From the NCBI GenBank assembly GCA_965116925.1, contig OZ220744.1, positions 4,320,001 through 4,384,000 on the forward strand: DNA of 64,000 bases, given 5' to 3'. Of the stretch, positions 28,833 to 39,339 are shown piece after piece. The notes under the pieces were generated by a model that did not search any database, was not told the DNA's origin, and worked only from the letters and a program-made list of their open reading frames with translations. The DNA comes from Candidatus Poribacteria bacterium. GTDB taxonomy: Bacteria; Poribacteria; WGA-4E; PCPOR2b. Position 1 is the first letter of the stretch, and each line of letters starts with the position of its first letter. The translations under genes and the position numbers were made by a program.

Positions 28833-30076
28833 GGTAGCACTGCACTAAAGTGTGGAGTAATCACTTGACAAGTAGGGGATCCGTTGACTATCTTTATGTA
28901 TCCCAACAATAAGGAGAGTCAACCAATGGATCCCCCACAGATATTTTGTCATAATCCCGACTGCCCGGCAAGTGGAAAAGTTGACCGGGGGAATATAGGA
29001 GTTCATAGTCGCAAGCCCGAGCGTTACATCTGTCATGAGTGCAAGACGACGTTTACGCCGAGCAAAGGGACTGCGTTCTATCGCCTTCGCTATTCAGTTG
29101 AGTTTGTCACCCAAGTCATCACGCTATTGGCTTATGGGTGTCCGCTTCAGGCGATTGTTGCTGCGTTTGGCATAGATGAACGAACCGTAGCCAATTGGCA
29201 GCAGCGCGCCGGTGTCCACTGCGAGCAGGTTCATCAGCATTTGGTGCAGCACCCACATGACTTAGGTCAGGTACAGGCTGATGAGATACGGGTCAAATAC
29301 CAGGGGGGCATCGCTTGGCTGGCTCAAGCCATTGCTGTTCCCACTCGGTTGTGGCTCGCCGGTGTCGTCAGGGGTCGGCGTGACGGTGCATTGATTCGGT
29401 GTCTTATTCAACAGGTGTATCAATGTGCGTTGTATCGACCGTTATTGTTGTGCGTTGATGGTTTGGCTGCGTATGTTTCGACTATCAAGGAGGTCTTTCG
29501 CACCCCCATTTGCACCGGCAAACGGGGACGTCCGCACCTTCGTCTGTGGCGACATCTGTGCATTGTACAGGTCATCAAGCAGCATTCTCAAAAGCAACCC
29601 AGGCGCGTGATGGGAGTCATCAGACGCATTGTCTGTGGCACATCACAACAGGTACAGACCTTGATAGAACAGACACAATCGACCCCCACTGCCCATGTGA
29701 GTTACATCGAGCGGCTTAATGGGACATTTCGCGCACGTTTAGCGATGCTAGTCCGTCGGGGACGGGGAGTGGCACGGCGGCTGCAAACGCTTGAGCGAGC
29801 GATGTATCTAATGGGGTGTGTCTACAACTTTTGTACACCGCATCAGAGTCTCCGGCTGGTGTTGTACCTGCCCAATAATCGGCGGCGATGGGTAGAAAGA
29901 ACACCCGCGATGGCGGCGGGAAGGACTGACCATGTTTGGACAGTGGGACAGCTGCTCGGTTATCAAGTGCCACCCCCACCGTGGCAACCCCCTCGACGAC
30001 GCGGAAGACCGGCTGCCAAAATTAAGGCTCTTATTCAACGCTATCTCTTATGACCACACTTTACTGCGGTGCTACC
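28833..30076 (+). mobile_element. IS1-family insertion sequence, 1244 bp
   Basis: 23-bp TIRs (28833-28855, 30054-30076; 2 mismatches) flanked by 8-bp TSD TGTGTGGG (28825-28832, 30077-30084). Confidence 0.92.
28926..30053 (+). CDS. IS1-family DDE transposase, single ORF
   Basis: Zn ribbon CHNPDC...CHEC, HTH region, QADE, CVDG, YIERLNGTFR, YNF, RTPAMAAG; AAGGAG RBS. Confidence 0.88.
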   Translation: MDPPQIFCHNPDCPASGKVDRGNIGVHSRKPERYICHECKTTFTPSKGTAFYRLRYSVEFVTQVITLLAYGCPLQAIVAAFGIDERTVANWQQRAGVHCEQVHQHLVQHPHDLGQVQADEIRVKYQGGIAWLAQAIAVPTRLWLAGVVRGRRDGALIRCLIQQVYQCALYRPLLLCVDGLAAYVSTIKEVFRTPICTGKRGRPHLRLWRHLCIVQVIKQHSQKQPRRVMGVIRRIVCGTSQQVQTLIEQTQSTPTAHVSYIERLNGTFRARLAMLVRRGRGVARRLQTLERAMYLMGCVYNFCTPHQSLRLVLYLPNNRRRWVERTPAMAAGRTDHVWTVGQLLGYQVPPPPWQPPRRRGRPAAKIKALIQRYLL

Positions 30077-30170
30077 TGTGTGGGAGCGAGGGAGCGGATG
30101 TGTGAGGCAGCGGGGAATGTGTCGTGTAGTAGGGTGGTGTTCCTAGCTTGCTCCAAGCTGCTCGATAATT

Positions 30171-30369
30171 TGTAGGGCGGGTGTCCTCGCCCGATTCAAT
30201 ACTTCGGTTATTATAACCCAAGTTGCTAGACAGTTATGATACACCTGTCGCTCCTCTGGAGCTAATGAAACATAATAAGTAATGCGTCAGAAGAAGCGGA
30301 ACGCAGATCTGCGTTCCCTACGAATTAACCTGACTAGATCGGCGGGGTCGGGCAGGATGCCCGACCTAC
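30171..30369. repeat. Cluster of different REP-like hairpins
   Basis: GTAGGGCGGG..., ATAACCCAAGTTGCTAG arm, TACACCTGTCGCTCCTCTGGAGC (30240), palindrome 30298-30317 plus CTAC, GGTCGGGCA-GGA-TGCCCGACC-TAC (30346-30369). Confidence 0.75.
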
Positions 30370-30391
30370 GGGTACGTGTATATTTGGGTTA

Positions 30392-31897
30392 TTATAGACT
30401 ATACAACTCTCCGTACTTTGACCGCAGATAGTGGATATACGGTTCGATGCGTAACGATCCGCCGGTAACGCGCTCAATGAGTTCGGGTGTGGTGTATTTG
30501 CTGCCGTGCTGATAGATGTTCTCTTTGAGCCAGTCGTGTAAGGTGCTGAATTCCCCCATTTCAATCTCGCTTGTAATCTCAAGGTGTGCTTCCAAAGCGG
30601 TCGCAAAAAACTGTGCTCCCAGAATATTGCCCAATGTATAGCCCTGAAAACCACCGCCAATCGAGCCACCATACCAGTGGACATCTTGCAGCACCCCATC
30701 GCGGTCATCTGGTGGGACGATTCCAAAATCCGCTTGAAATCGCTCACGCCACGCTTCGGGGAGATCTTTCACAGCGAGTTTCCCCTCAAGCAGGTCGAGC
30801 TCAAAATCGAACCGGAGCATAACGTGGAGGTTGTAAGTGACCTCGTCGGCATCTGTGCGGATAAGTGAACGTTCCACTTTGTTAATCGCACGGTAAAAGG
30901 TATCTATGGGCACACTCCCAAGTTGGTCTGGGAAGGTTGATTGGAGCTTCGGGTAGAAAAAGTTCCAGAAGCCTCGGCTTCGCCCGACGACGTTTTCCCA
31001 GAGACGCGATTGGCTTTCATGAATCCCTGACGACGGTCCACCGTCGAGGGGAAGCCCTTCATAGTCCGTGCAGGTCCCTTGCTCGTACAGTGCGTGTCCG
31101 GCCTCATGCGTCATGCTGAATAGCCCTTCGCTCAAGTCATCTTCCTTTGTCCGGATGGTGATACGTACATCGCCAATTGAGAATTTTGTCATGAACGGAT
31201 GGTGGGTCATATCGCGTCGGCCGCGTTCAAAGTCATAGCCGAAGCGTTTGATGACGTCATCGGCGAATTCTAGTTGTTGTGCCTCCGGGAAGGTCTGGCG
31301 TAGGCAACTGTCGTCGGCGGTTGGTTGGGCGGTGATGGCGTTCATAATCGGGACGAGTTGTTCGCGGAGTTCGGCAAAGAGTGGACGAACAACCGAGGCT
31401 TTCATGCTCTCGTCGGCAAAGTCGATCAGGGGATCCGCGATATGTTCGTAGCCGGGAAAGAAATCGGCGAGTTGGCGGCTTAGATCGAGTGTCTTTTCGA
31501 GGTAGGGCTGCACGGCAGCGAAGTCGTTTTCCGGTCGCGCAGTCGTCCAGACCTGATACGATTCGGCTGCGTGGTTCTGGAGTTCTGCCATGAACGAAGA
31601 GGGTACTTTTGTGGCTTTCTCATATCCGCGTCGTGTGACACGAATCAGGCTGGCATCATCAGAGTCGTAGGGAAGACTTTCTTCGGAAGGTTGTAAATCA
31701 TCAAGGAGTTTCCCTATCTTTGGATCGGTGAACTTTTCATGCGCGAGGCGACTCAATGTGGCAAGTTGACGACCCCGCGCAGCTGCACCGCCCGGCGGCA
31801 TGTAGGTGGTCTGGTCCCAGTGGAGGATCGAAGCTGCTGATCCCAAGTCGTTGATTTCCATCAGGTGTGTTTTGAGTTCTTGAAGTTTGGATTCCAA
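30392..31897 (-). CDS. Carboxypeptidase Taq (M32 family)
   Basis: HPF, HEAGHALYEQ, IHESQSRLWEN, IRTDADE, QDVHW, YTLG; GGAGG RBS, TTG start. Confidence 0.95.
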   Translation of the reverse strand: MESKLQELKTHLMEINDLGSAASILHWDQTTYMPPGGAAARGRQLATLSRLAHEKFTDPKIGKLLDDLQPSEESLPYDSDDASLIRVTRRGYEKATKVPSSFMAELQNHAAESYQVWTTARPENDFAAVQPYLEKTLDLSRQLADFFPGYEHIADPLIDFADESMKASVVRPLFAELREQLVPIMNAITAQPTADDSCLRQTFPEAQQLEFADDVIKRFGYDFERGRRDMTHHPFMTKFSIGDVRITIRTKEDDLSEGLFSMTHEAGHALYEQGTCTDYEGLPLDGGPSSGIHESQSRLWENVVGRSRGFWNFFYPKLQSTFPDQLGSVPIDTFYRAINKVERSLIRTDADEVTYNLHVMLRFDFELDLLEGKLAVKDLPEAWRERFQADFGIVPPDDRDGVLQDVHWYGGSIGGGFQGYTLGNILGAQFFATALEAHLEITSEIEMGEFSTLHDWLKENIYQHGSKYTTPELIERVTGGSLRIEPYIHYLRSKYGELYSL

Positions 31898-31919
31898 ATG
31901 TACCTCCTCCTATAAAGAG

Positions 31920-32054
31920 AAAACGGGAAGACGGGAAAACCTGAAAACGGGAGAGCGTGTGTGAGGCGGCGAATGTTTGATTCGCCGCCACGCGCCCACA
32001 CCCCCAGCCTTCCTCGTTCTCTCGCTTTCTCGCCTGTTCGTTTTCCCGTTTTCA
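31920..32054. repeat. Inverted arrays of degenerate 8-bp repeats around a central hairpin
   Basis: Hairpin GGCGGCGAAT/ATTCGCCGCC at 31965-31989; outer IR TGAAAACGGGA (31942) / TCCCGTTTTCA (32044). Confidence 0.7.
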
Positions 32055-32055
32055 C

Positions 32056-35000
32056 TCAGGCTGATGCTATGAATGCTTTCCGCAGAAACCGTCCCGTATG
32101 AGATTCCTCTGTAGCCATGATCTCCTCTGGTGTCCCCATGGCGACGACTTTCCCACCTTCAGCCCCGCCATCGGGACCTAGATCAATGATCCAATCGGCG
32201 GATTTGATCACGTCCATGTTGTGTTCAATGATGACAATTGTGTTGCCTTTGTCTACCAAGCGGTTGAGTACCATCAGTAGCTTCTGTACATCATCGAAAT
32301 GTAAACCTGTTGTCGGCTCGTCCATGATGTAGATAGTTTTACCGGTGCTCCGCTTTGAGAGCTCACGCGCCAGCTTGACCCGTTGAGATTCACCGCCAGA
32401 GAGTGTTGTCGCCGCCTGACCGAGTTCAATGTAATCCAACCCAACGTCGTACAGCATCTGCAGCGGTCTATAGATAGTCGGTATGCTTTGGAAATGTTCT
32501 AGTGCTTCCTGCACTGTCATCGCCAGAATATCAGCGATGTTTTTGCCCTTGTAGCGGATTTGTAACGTTTCGTGGTTATAGCCGGTTCCCCCACAGGTTT
32601 CACATTTTACCCACACATCCGCGAGAAAGTGCATTTCAACCTTATTGAAGCCGTGCCCACGACATGTTTCGCACTGTCCTGTTTTCTGATTGAAGCTGAA
32701 TCGACGGGAATCGAAACCGTGGACCTTAGCGTCCGGCAGATCGGCGAAGAGGTAGCGGATTTTGGTGAATAGGTCGGTGTAGGTGGCAGGATTTGACCGT
32801 GGGGTATCCCCTATTGGCTGTTGATCGATGTTAATCACTTTGTCGAGATATTCCAACCCATAAATCGATCGATACTTTCCTGCCCGCATCCGCGTTCGGT
32901 TCAGATTAGACACAAGCACAGGATACAGCGTCTCCTCAATCAATGAGCTCTTTCCTGAACCGGACACCCCCGTTACGCATGTCAGTGTCCCCAACGGGAT
33001 CTCGACATCAATATTCTGCAAGTTATTGGTTCGGACGCCTATCATCTCAATCCATTCGCCTTTGCCCTGACGTCTTTGCGGCGGGACTTCAATCTTGAGT
33101 TTCCCTGTGAGATAGCCACCCGTCAACGAATTTTCGCTCTGCTGGATTTCAGTCGGCGAACCGGCGGCGACAATCTCACCGCCAAACTTTCCTGCGCGGG
33201 GACCAAAATCGAGAATGTGATCCGATGCCAACATAGTTTCCAGGTCATGTTCAACAACTAGGACACTGTTACCGAGATCTCGAAGTCCTTTCAATGCGTT
33301 CAAGAGTCGTTCCTGATCTCGCTGGTGTAGTCCGATACTCGGTTCATCGAGGATGTACGTCACTCCTGTGAGTCCGCTGCCCAGTTGGCTTGCCAGACGG
33401 ATGCGCTGCATCTCTCCGCCTGAGAGACTAGGGGCGGGTCGATCTAGCGTCAGGTAGTGCAATCCAATATCGACGAGGAATCGGAGTCGTTGTTGGATCT
33501 CTTTGAGCAGTGTTCCGCCGATTTCCATCTGATGTGTTGATAGATCGAGGTGTTCAAAGAAGTCGGCAGTCCTACCAATCGGCATCGCTGTCGCTTCGGC
33601 GATGGTTTCCCCGCCCAACGTTACGCCTCTTGCTAGGGGTTGAATGCGCGTGCCCTCGCACTCCTGACAGGTATACAAACGTTGCCCGATTGTTCCAATA
33701 CCTTCGCACGCCGGACATTGACCGATAGAGCTGTTGAATGAGAAGTGACGGGGTGTCAGTTCAGGGAAACTCAAACCGCACGGGACACAGGCGAAGTGCT
33801 CGCTGAAGACATGATGTGTAATCTCCGATCTTCTACCCGCTCGCTTCCCTTCATTTATCACTCCCACCGCTACGGTGCCACCGCTCTGCTGTGTTGCTGT
33901 TTCAACCGCTTCTGCTAGGCGTCCCCGTTCATCGGGTTCAAGGGCGAGGCGATCGACGACAATTTTGACATCGTGTCGGATACTCTTTCCAATCTTCGGT
34001 GCCCGATCAATCGGGTGAACCTCCCCGTCAATTTCGACGCGAGCGTAGCCATCACGCTGTAAGCGCTGGAAAGCATCGGGATAATCCTCATTAGGTCGCA
34101 GCACCAGAGGGGACAAGACGTAAAGCCGAGCCCCACCTGCCAATGCCACGATTTTGTCAACGATTTGCTGTACGGATTGAACGCTGATTTCCGACCCGCA
34201 TTGCGGGCAGTGAGCCGTTCCGACTCGTGCATAAAGCACACGCAGATAGTCGTAAATTTCTGTGACTGTCCCGACCGTAGACCGTGGGTTTTTACTCGGA
34301 GCCTTCTGCTCAATCGCAATTGCTGGCGAGAGTCCCTCAATCTTCTCAACTTTTGGCTTCTCTAACTGTCCTAAAAATTGTCGTGCATACGCTGAAAGGG
34401 ATTCGACGTAGCGTCGTTGTCCTTCTGCATAGATTGTGTCCAATGCCAGCGACGATTTCCCAGAACCACTCACACCGGTGAATGTTGTGAACTTCCGGTG
34501 AGGAATATCTACGTTGATGTGCTTCAGATTGTGTTCATGCGCTCCGTGCACGGAGATGTATTTGGCATCTTCGGGCAGGTCATTACTCTGGGCAAGTTGA
34601 TAATTCCCTTCTGACTCATGAAGTTGGTTGGCAGGTTGGAAGATTGGAAGATTGGAAGATTGAGAGATTACCTTCCCAGCCTTCCCCCCTTCTCTCCTTT
34701 TCGGCTCTAGCACTGGTTGCAAAGCTATCCCTGTATACGATTCCTCAACGGCTGCTACCTCTTCCGGTGTCCCTGTTGCAACAACATAGCCCCCCTCTTC
34801 ACCCCCTTCGGGACCGAGGTCAATAAGATAGTCCGCTGTTTTTACTACCTCCAAGTTGTGCTCAATAACAATAACGGTATTACCCACACCGACAAGTTGG
34901 TGCAACACCTCTAGAAGTTTTTTCACATCGTCGAAGTGCAACCCGGTTGTTGGTTCATCGAGAATATAGAGGGTTTTGCCTGTGTTACGTTTAGCAAGCT

Positions 35001-37593
35001 CCCGTGCCAGTTTAATCCGTTGCGCTTCGCCACCAGAGAGCGTCGGTGCTGGCTGCCCAAGTTTTATGTAGTCCAAACCGACATCGTGCAGGGTTTGCAA
35101 AATCTTCGCAATTTTCGGAATGTTCACAAAGTGTTCTAACGCTTCTTGCACATCCATGTTGAGCACATCGGAAATATTGGCTCCCCGGTATTCAACTTGT
35201 AGCGTTTCGTCATTGTACCGTTTTCCTTGACAAATATTGCACTTTACCCAGACATCAGCGATGAAGTGCATTTCGATCCGCTTTGAGCCGTTGCCGTCGC
35301 AGGCTTCGCACCGACCACCCTTGACATTGAAACTGAAACGCCCCGGTTTATAACCACGCAGTTTCGCCTCAGCCATATCAGCGTAAAGCGCGCGGATCTG
35401 ATCAAACACTTTGGTGTATGTGGCAGGATTTGATCTCGGGGTGCGCCCAATCGGTGACTGATCAATGTCAATCACTTTATCGATGACTTCGTCAATTGGA
35501 GCTGAAGATGCACATTGTGTATGATCGCTCGAAGATTTTTCCTCTGTAGTGAACACCCGTATGAGATCATATTCTCCCGGTTGTGCATGTGCCTTCATCA
35601 GGTCGCGGGCAAGTGCTTCGTATAGAATATCGTTGATGAGCGAACTTTTGCCGGATCCACTGACACCGGTCACGCAGGTAAAAACTCCGAGTGGAACTCG
35701 CACATCAATATCTTTGAGGTTGTTGTGACGCGCGCCACAGACCTCGATCCATTGACTGCCAGTTGCACGACGTTCAATGGGAATTTCGATCTGTTGTTCC
35801 CCACGGAGATATTGTGCTGTCAGGGAGGTTGAATCCTTGGCAATCTCTTGCGGTGTGCCGATTGCCGCGATCTCACCGCCCTTGATTCCGGGTCCCGGTC
35901 CGAAGTCAACGATCATATCTCCCGCCCACATTGTATCTTCGTCATGTTCGACAACGATTACGGTGTTGCCTTGGTCTCGGAGATGCTTGAGCGTCGTGAG
36001 AAGGTGCTGATTATCGCGCGGATGCAAGCCGATACTCGGCTCGTCGAGGACGTAAACTACCCCTCGCAAGCCCGCTCCGATTTGACTGGCTAACCGAATC
36101 CGTTGCGATTCGCCGCCGGAAAGTGTGGGTGCGGTCCGATCTAAGGTGAGGTAGTGCAGCCCAACATTCATCAAGAACCAGAGGCGTCCCTGAATCTCTT
36201 TCAGCAGATCAGTCGCAATGAACGTCTCACGCTCCGGTAGTTGGAGTTTTTCAAAGAACTTGGAACAATCCCCTACTGCCATCTCAACGACATCAAGGAT
36301 GGATTGTCCGTCGATTGTCACGGCCTTGACCTCTGGCTTGAGTCGTGTCCCGTTGCAATCTGAGCATGTGCCGGACACCATGTATTTTCCGTAGTAACGT
36401 TTCACAAGTTCTGAGGTCGCTTGGAAATACTTCCGTTCTTCGGGGGGAATCACGCCTTCAAATGCGGCTTGGTATTTGTAGTGGCGATTGCGGCGGGAGC
36501 GATAGACGAAAGGAATCTGCTCTTTTCCAGTGCCATAAAGGATAGCGTGTTGGTGCTCCTCGCTCAACTGTTCCCACGGTGTATCAAGGCTAAAGCCGAA
36601 GTGTGCTGCCAAACTCTCGGCGTGATGTCGCGTCTGTAGGGTGCCGAGCTGCCCCCAAAAGACAATCGCCCCTTCCCGAATTGATTGCGTTGAATCAGGG
36701 ACAACCGTATCGGGATCCATCTTCGTTAGTGTTCCGAGTCCTTTACAGGTTGGGCACATCCCCGCAGGACTGTTGAAGGAGAAGTTTCGGGGGGCAGGGG
36801 GTTCGTAGCTGATGTTGCAGTGCACGCAGGTGTAATCCACCCCGAATAAGAGATCTCCCGCGTCCGGTTCTCCTTCGACAATGTTCACAATCAGGCGGCC
36901 CTCTCCCATACGCAGCGCGGTTTCAACCGCTTCTGCAACCCGGCTGCGAACATCAGGTTTGATGACGATTCGGTCAACGACGATTTCAATGTTATGTCGC
37001 TGGTTACGGTCAAGTTGAACTTCAGCCGGCAGGTCGTAGATCTGTCCATCAATTCGGGCCCGGACAAACCCCGCCTTGAGCGCGTCCTCAAGGTGCTCAC
37101 GATACTCTCCACGACGCCCACTGACAATTGGAGCAAGGATTAAGATGCGGGTCTGCGGTGGTAGGTTGACGATTTGGTCAATAATTGCTTCTGTGGTTTG
37201 GGCGCCCACCGGCGCGCCGCACTCTAGACAGTGCGGTGTGCCCACACGCGCAAACAGGACGCGCAGATAGTCATAAATCTCTGTGATCGTTGCGACCGTT
37301 GAGCGTGGGTTGTTCCCGCCTGACTTCTGATCAATCGAGATGGATGGGGAGAGACCACCGATGAAGTCAACGTCGGGTTTTTCCAATTGTCCAAGGAATT
37401 GGCGGGCGTAAGCGGAGAGCGATTCGATGTAGCGGCGTTGGCCTTCAGCGTAGACTGTATCGAATGCTAGCGATGATTTTCCGGAACCGCTGACACCGGT
37501 GAAAACGATGAGGTTGTCTTTAGGGAGTTTGAGATCGATGTTTCTGAGATTATGTTCGCGTGCGCCGCGGATATCAATGAATTCTTCCGGCAT
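32056..37593 (-). CDS. uvrA: Excinuclease ABC subunit A, double-length (two UvrA modules)
   Basis: Four GVSGSGKSS Walker A motifs, four LSGGE signatures, repeated NPRSTV and PRSNPATY; start [10 protein letters not shown] after AAAGG. Confidence 0.96.
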   Translation of the reverse strand: MPEEFIDIRGAREHNLRNIDLKLPKDNLIVFTGVSGSGKSSLAFDTVYAEGQRRYIESLSAYARQFLGQLEKPDVDFIGGLSPSISIDQKSGGNNPRSTVATITEIYDYLRVLFARVGTPHCLECGAPVGAQTTEAIIDQIVNLPPQTRILILAPIVSGRRGEYREHLEDALKAGFVRARIDGQIYDLPAEVQLDRNQRHNIEIVVDRIVIKPDVRSRVAEAVETALRMGEGRLIVNIVEGEPDAGDLLFGVDYTCVHCNISYEPPAPRNFSFNSPAGMCPTCKGLGTLTKMDPDTVVPDSTQSIREGAIVFWGQLGTLQTRHHAESLAAHFGFSLDTPWEQLSEEHQHAILYGTGKEQIPFVYRSRRNRHYKYQAAFEGVIPPEERKYFQATSELVKRYYGKYMVSGTCSDCNGTRLKPEVKAVTIDGQSILDVVEMAVGDCSKFFEKLQLPERETFIATDLLKEIQGRLWFLMNVGLHYLTLDRTAPTLSGGESQRIRLASQIGAGLRGVVYVLDEPSIGLHPRDNQHLLTTLKHLRDQGNTVIVVEHDEDTMWAGDMIVDFGPGPGIKGGEIAAIGTPQEIAKDSTSLTAQYLRGEQQIEIPIERRATGSQWIEVCGARHNNLKDIDVRVPLGVFTCVTGVSGSGKSSLINDILYEALARDLMKAHAQPGEYDLIRVFTTEEKSSSDHTQCASSAPIDEVIDKVIDIDQSPIGRTPRSNPATYTKVFDQIRALYADMAEAKLRGYKPGRFSFNVKGGRCEACDGNGSKRIEMHFIADVWVKCNICQGKRYNDETLQVEYRGANISDVLNMDVQEALEHFVNIPKIAKILQTLHDVGLDYIKLGQPAPTLSGGEAQRIKLARELAKRNTGKTLYILDEPTTGLHFDDVKKLLEVLHQLVGVGNTVIVIEHNLEVVKTADYLIDLGPEGGEEGGYVVATGTPEEVAAVEESYTGIALQPVLEPKRREGGKAGKVISQSSNLPIFQPANQLHESEGNYQLAQSNDLPEDAKYISVHGAHEHNLKHINVDIPHRKFTTFTGVSGSGKSSLALDTIYAEGQRRYVESLSAYARQFLGQLEKPKVEKIEGLSPAIAIEQKAPSKNPRSTVGTVTEIYDYLRVLYARVGTAHCPQCGSEISVQSVQQIVDKIVALAGGARLYVLSPLVLRPNEDYPDAFQRLQRDGYARVEIDGEVHPIDRAPKIGKSIRHDVKIVVDRLALEPDERGRLAEAVETATQQSGGTVAVGVINEGKRAGRRSEITHHVFSEHFACVPCGLSFPELTPRHFSFNSSIGQCPACEGIGTIGQRLYTCQECEGTRIQPLARGVTLGGETIAEATAMPIGRTADFFEHLDLSTHQMEIGGTLLKEIQQRLRFLVDIGLHYLTLDRPAPSLSGGEMQRIRLASQLGSGLTGVTYILDEPSIGLHQRDQERLLNALKGLRDLGNSVLVVEHDLETMLASDHILDFGPRAGKFGGEIVAAGSPTEIQQSENSLTGGYLTGKLKIEVPPQRRQGKGEWIEMIGVRTNNLQNIDVEIPLGTLTCVTGVSGSGKSSLIEETLYPVLVSNLNRTRMRAGKYRSIYGLEYLDKVINIDQQPIGDTPRSNPATYTDLFTKIRYLFADLPDAKVHGFDSRRFSFNQKTGQCETCRGHGFNKVEMHFLADVWVKCETCGGTGYNHETLQIRYKGKNIADILAMTVQEALEHFQSIPTIYRPLQMLYDVGLDYIELGQAATTLSGGESQRVKLARELSKRSTGKTIYIMDEPTTGLHFDDVQKLLMVLNRLVDKGNTIVIIEHNMDVIKSADWIIDLGPDGGAEGGKVVAMGTPEEIMATEESHTGRFLRKAFIASA

Positions 37594-37790
37594 AGATTTT
37601 CCTTTGGCTGAAGATCTCTCCGTAATTATAGGCGATTCGATTTGGATCGAGTAATCGATGAGTCCCATTTTACCATAGATCCGAGGTGTCAGCAACACCG
37701 TTTTTCATGGTAATTGGAAGGACTAGTCGCGGCCGGTGGGCAGCCAATCAAATAAGTCCAAAGACATATATTTGTAATTCCATGAGGTTT

Positions 37791-37819
37791 AATATAGCAC
37801 ATATACGTTAAGTGGTCAA
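37791..37819 (-). promoter_or_regulatory. Sigma70-type promoter for uvrA
   Basis: Minus strand TTGACC, 17-bp spacer, TATATT with extended -10 TG. Confidence 0.55.
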
Positions 37820-37837
37820 TACAAAATTGGTCACTAA

Positions 37838-39159
37838 TAGGGTCATTTAGTTTTTCCCGTTGATTAAGTTAAAAGCGTGTAGTGGGTGTGCGGCGCAATA
37901 GCGCATTGTTTGTGTGATACTATTGTATCCAGCAAATCGCAACACCGCTAGTGCGGTATTGCGCAAAGCACTCATTACCTGCGGAATCACACCGGAGCGC
38001 ACTTGAGAGGCATCTTCGCCTAAAACCACATCACGCACCCAATGAGACTGATTTTCAATGGTCCAATGTCCGCGTCGCAAAGTGAGTAAGTCCTTTGCTG
38101 ATGCCTCGGTTGGAGTTAGACTCGTTATCCCGTATTGGGTCTTTTGCTTCACTTGACCGGTTGATATGTCAATCCGTTCGTAACAACACTCAAACACTTG
38201 CTCAACTCCAGGCCACTGTATGTAATCGTTCAGTGCGGTACTTGCTGTCAACGTTCGTGTCTCAATGCGCCCATGGCTTTTTTCAACGGTTTGATAGGTA
38301 TCAAGCGTTTGGTTCAATTCGGTGTGCATCTGCTGAAGCGCGTTGTCAGTCGGTTGAGTTGCACTTATATCTGTCGGTGGGTCAAACAAACAGCGAATAT
38401 CGTGATGTAACTGTTTGTGATTCAATCCCACCGGCACCACATAATCGGCGTCCAAAGCACATACTTTTTGACAAAAGTCACGCTGTGTCAGCAGCGCATC
38501 CGTCGTTACGATTTTGCCTTTGACGTCAAAGGCGGAAAGTATCTCAGTGGAGATAGGGATTTCATTGGTTTTGGTATCGACTGCCTTTTGGGTAATCGTT
38601 ACCCCCAGTTGATGACTGACGACCGAGAGCAGATGGCTCACTGAGGCGTTTTGCTTGGCACTGCCACGAAGCGTTTTGCCATCAATAGCCACAGCCATTG
38701 AGCCTGACGCACCGGACACGCTTTGAAGGGTTTGAGTCACCCATTGGCTCAACACTGCCTCCAACTTGCCGATGTCCAATCGCTTAAACAGGTTATGTAA
38801 CGTCGCCGCACAAGGCGTTTGAGCGCGCGTAAAGCCAAGGGCTTGGATTAACGCAGGTGAATAGGTACGTCCCCATTGGGCTATCGCACTATAACTCCGA
38901 TACCCACACATGATTGCAATCACCGACAAGGCAAGAATCGCACACAAAGGGTGCCGCTTCCCTTTGGCGTTGCGGGGATCCGTAACTTCTGCTAAAATAT
39001 CTATCAAGTGACCAGACTTTGTTTGGGTCATATTTCACCTCAAAGGTTGTGGGAGATTTTTAAGGTGAAGTATAGCAAGTGCGGCATCAAATGTCACGCC
39101 GCACTTTCACTAAAAACATGGACATACACAAACAAAAGGCCGAAAACTAAATGACCCTA
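37838..39159 (-). mobile_element. ISAs1-family insertion sequence, 1322 bp
   Basis: Perfect 17-bp TIR TAGGGTCATTTAGTTTT (37838-37854, 39143-39159) and 9-bp TSD GGTCACTAA (37829-37837, 39160-39168). Confidence 0.93.
37847..39031 (-). CDS. ISAs1-family transposase
   Basis: DPRNAKGKRH, AIDGKTLRGS, KTNEI, TTDALLTQ, HGRIETR, RGHWTIEN, HWVRDV. Confidence 0.95.
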   Translation of the reverse strand: MTQTKSGHLIDILAEVTDPRNAKGKRHPLCAILALSVIAIMCGYRSYSAIAQWGRTYSPALIQALGFTRAQTPCAATLHNLFKRLDIGKLEAVLSQWVTQTLQSVSGASGSMAVAIDGKTLRGSAKQNASVSHLLSVVSHQLGVTITQKAVDTKTNEIPISTEILSAFDVKGKIVTTDALLTQRDFCQKVCALDADYVVPVGLNHKQLHHDIRCLFDPPTDISATQPTDNALQQMHTELNQTLDTYQTVEKSHGRIETRTLTASTALNDYIQWPGVEQVFECCYERIDISTGQVKQKTQYGITSLTPTEASAKDLLTLRRGHWTIENQSHWVRDVVLGEDASQVRSGVIPQVMSALRNTALAVLRFAGYNSITQTMRYCAAHPLHAFNLINGKN

Positions 39160-39166
39160 GGTCACT

Positions 39167-39198
39167 AAAAAACCTTGTCCCGATTATGCGAGACAAGG
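39167..39198 (-). terminator. Intrinsic terminator after the LptD-like gene
   Basis: Minus strand CCTTGTCTCG-CATAAT-CGGGACAAGG followed by TTTTTT. Confidence 0.75.
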
Positions 39199-39339
39199 CG
39201 TTATATTATGGCGTATCTCGGTGATTATGTTACGCAAACTCTTGATTCCTGAGTGAAAAAAGGAGAGCATCTCTCAAGAGACACGAGGGATCACCGCTAA
39301 GCCGGAGAATTAGTCGTTTTTCGCACTGCGGGTTTGGCA

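Noticed and set aside
28807..28845. Longer N-terminus of the Ldh_2 protein in the ORF track
   Set aside because: It begins inside the IS terminal repeat; the RBS supports ATG 28806.
37594..37698. 35-aa N-terminal extension of UvrA
   Set aside because: UvrA similarity and an RBS begin at 37593.
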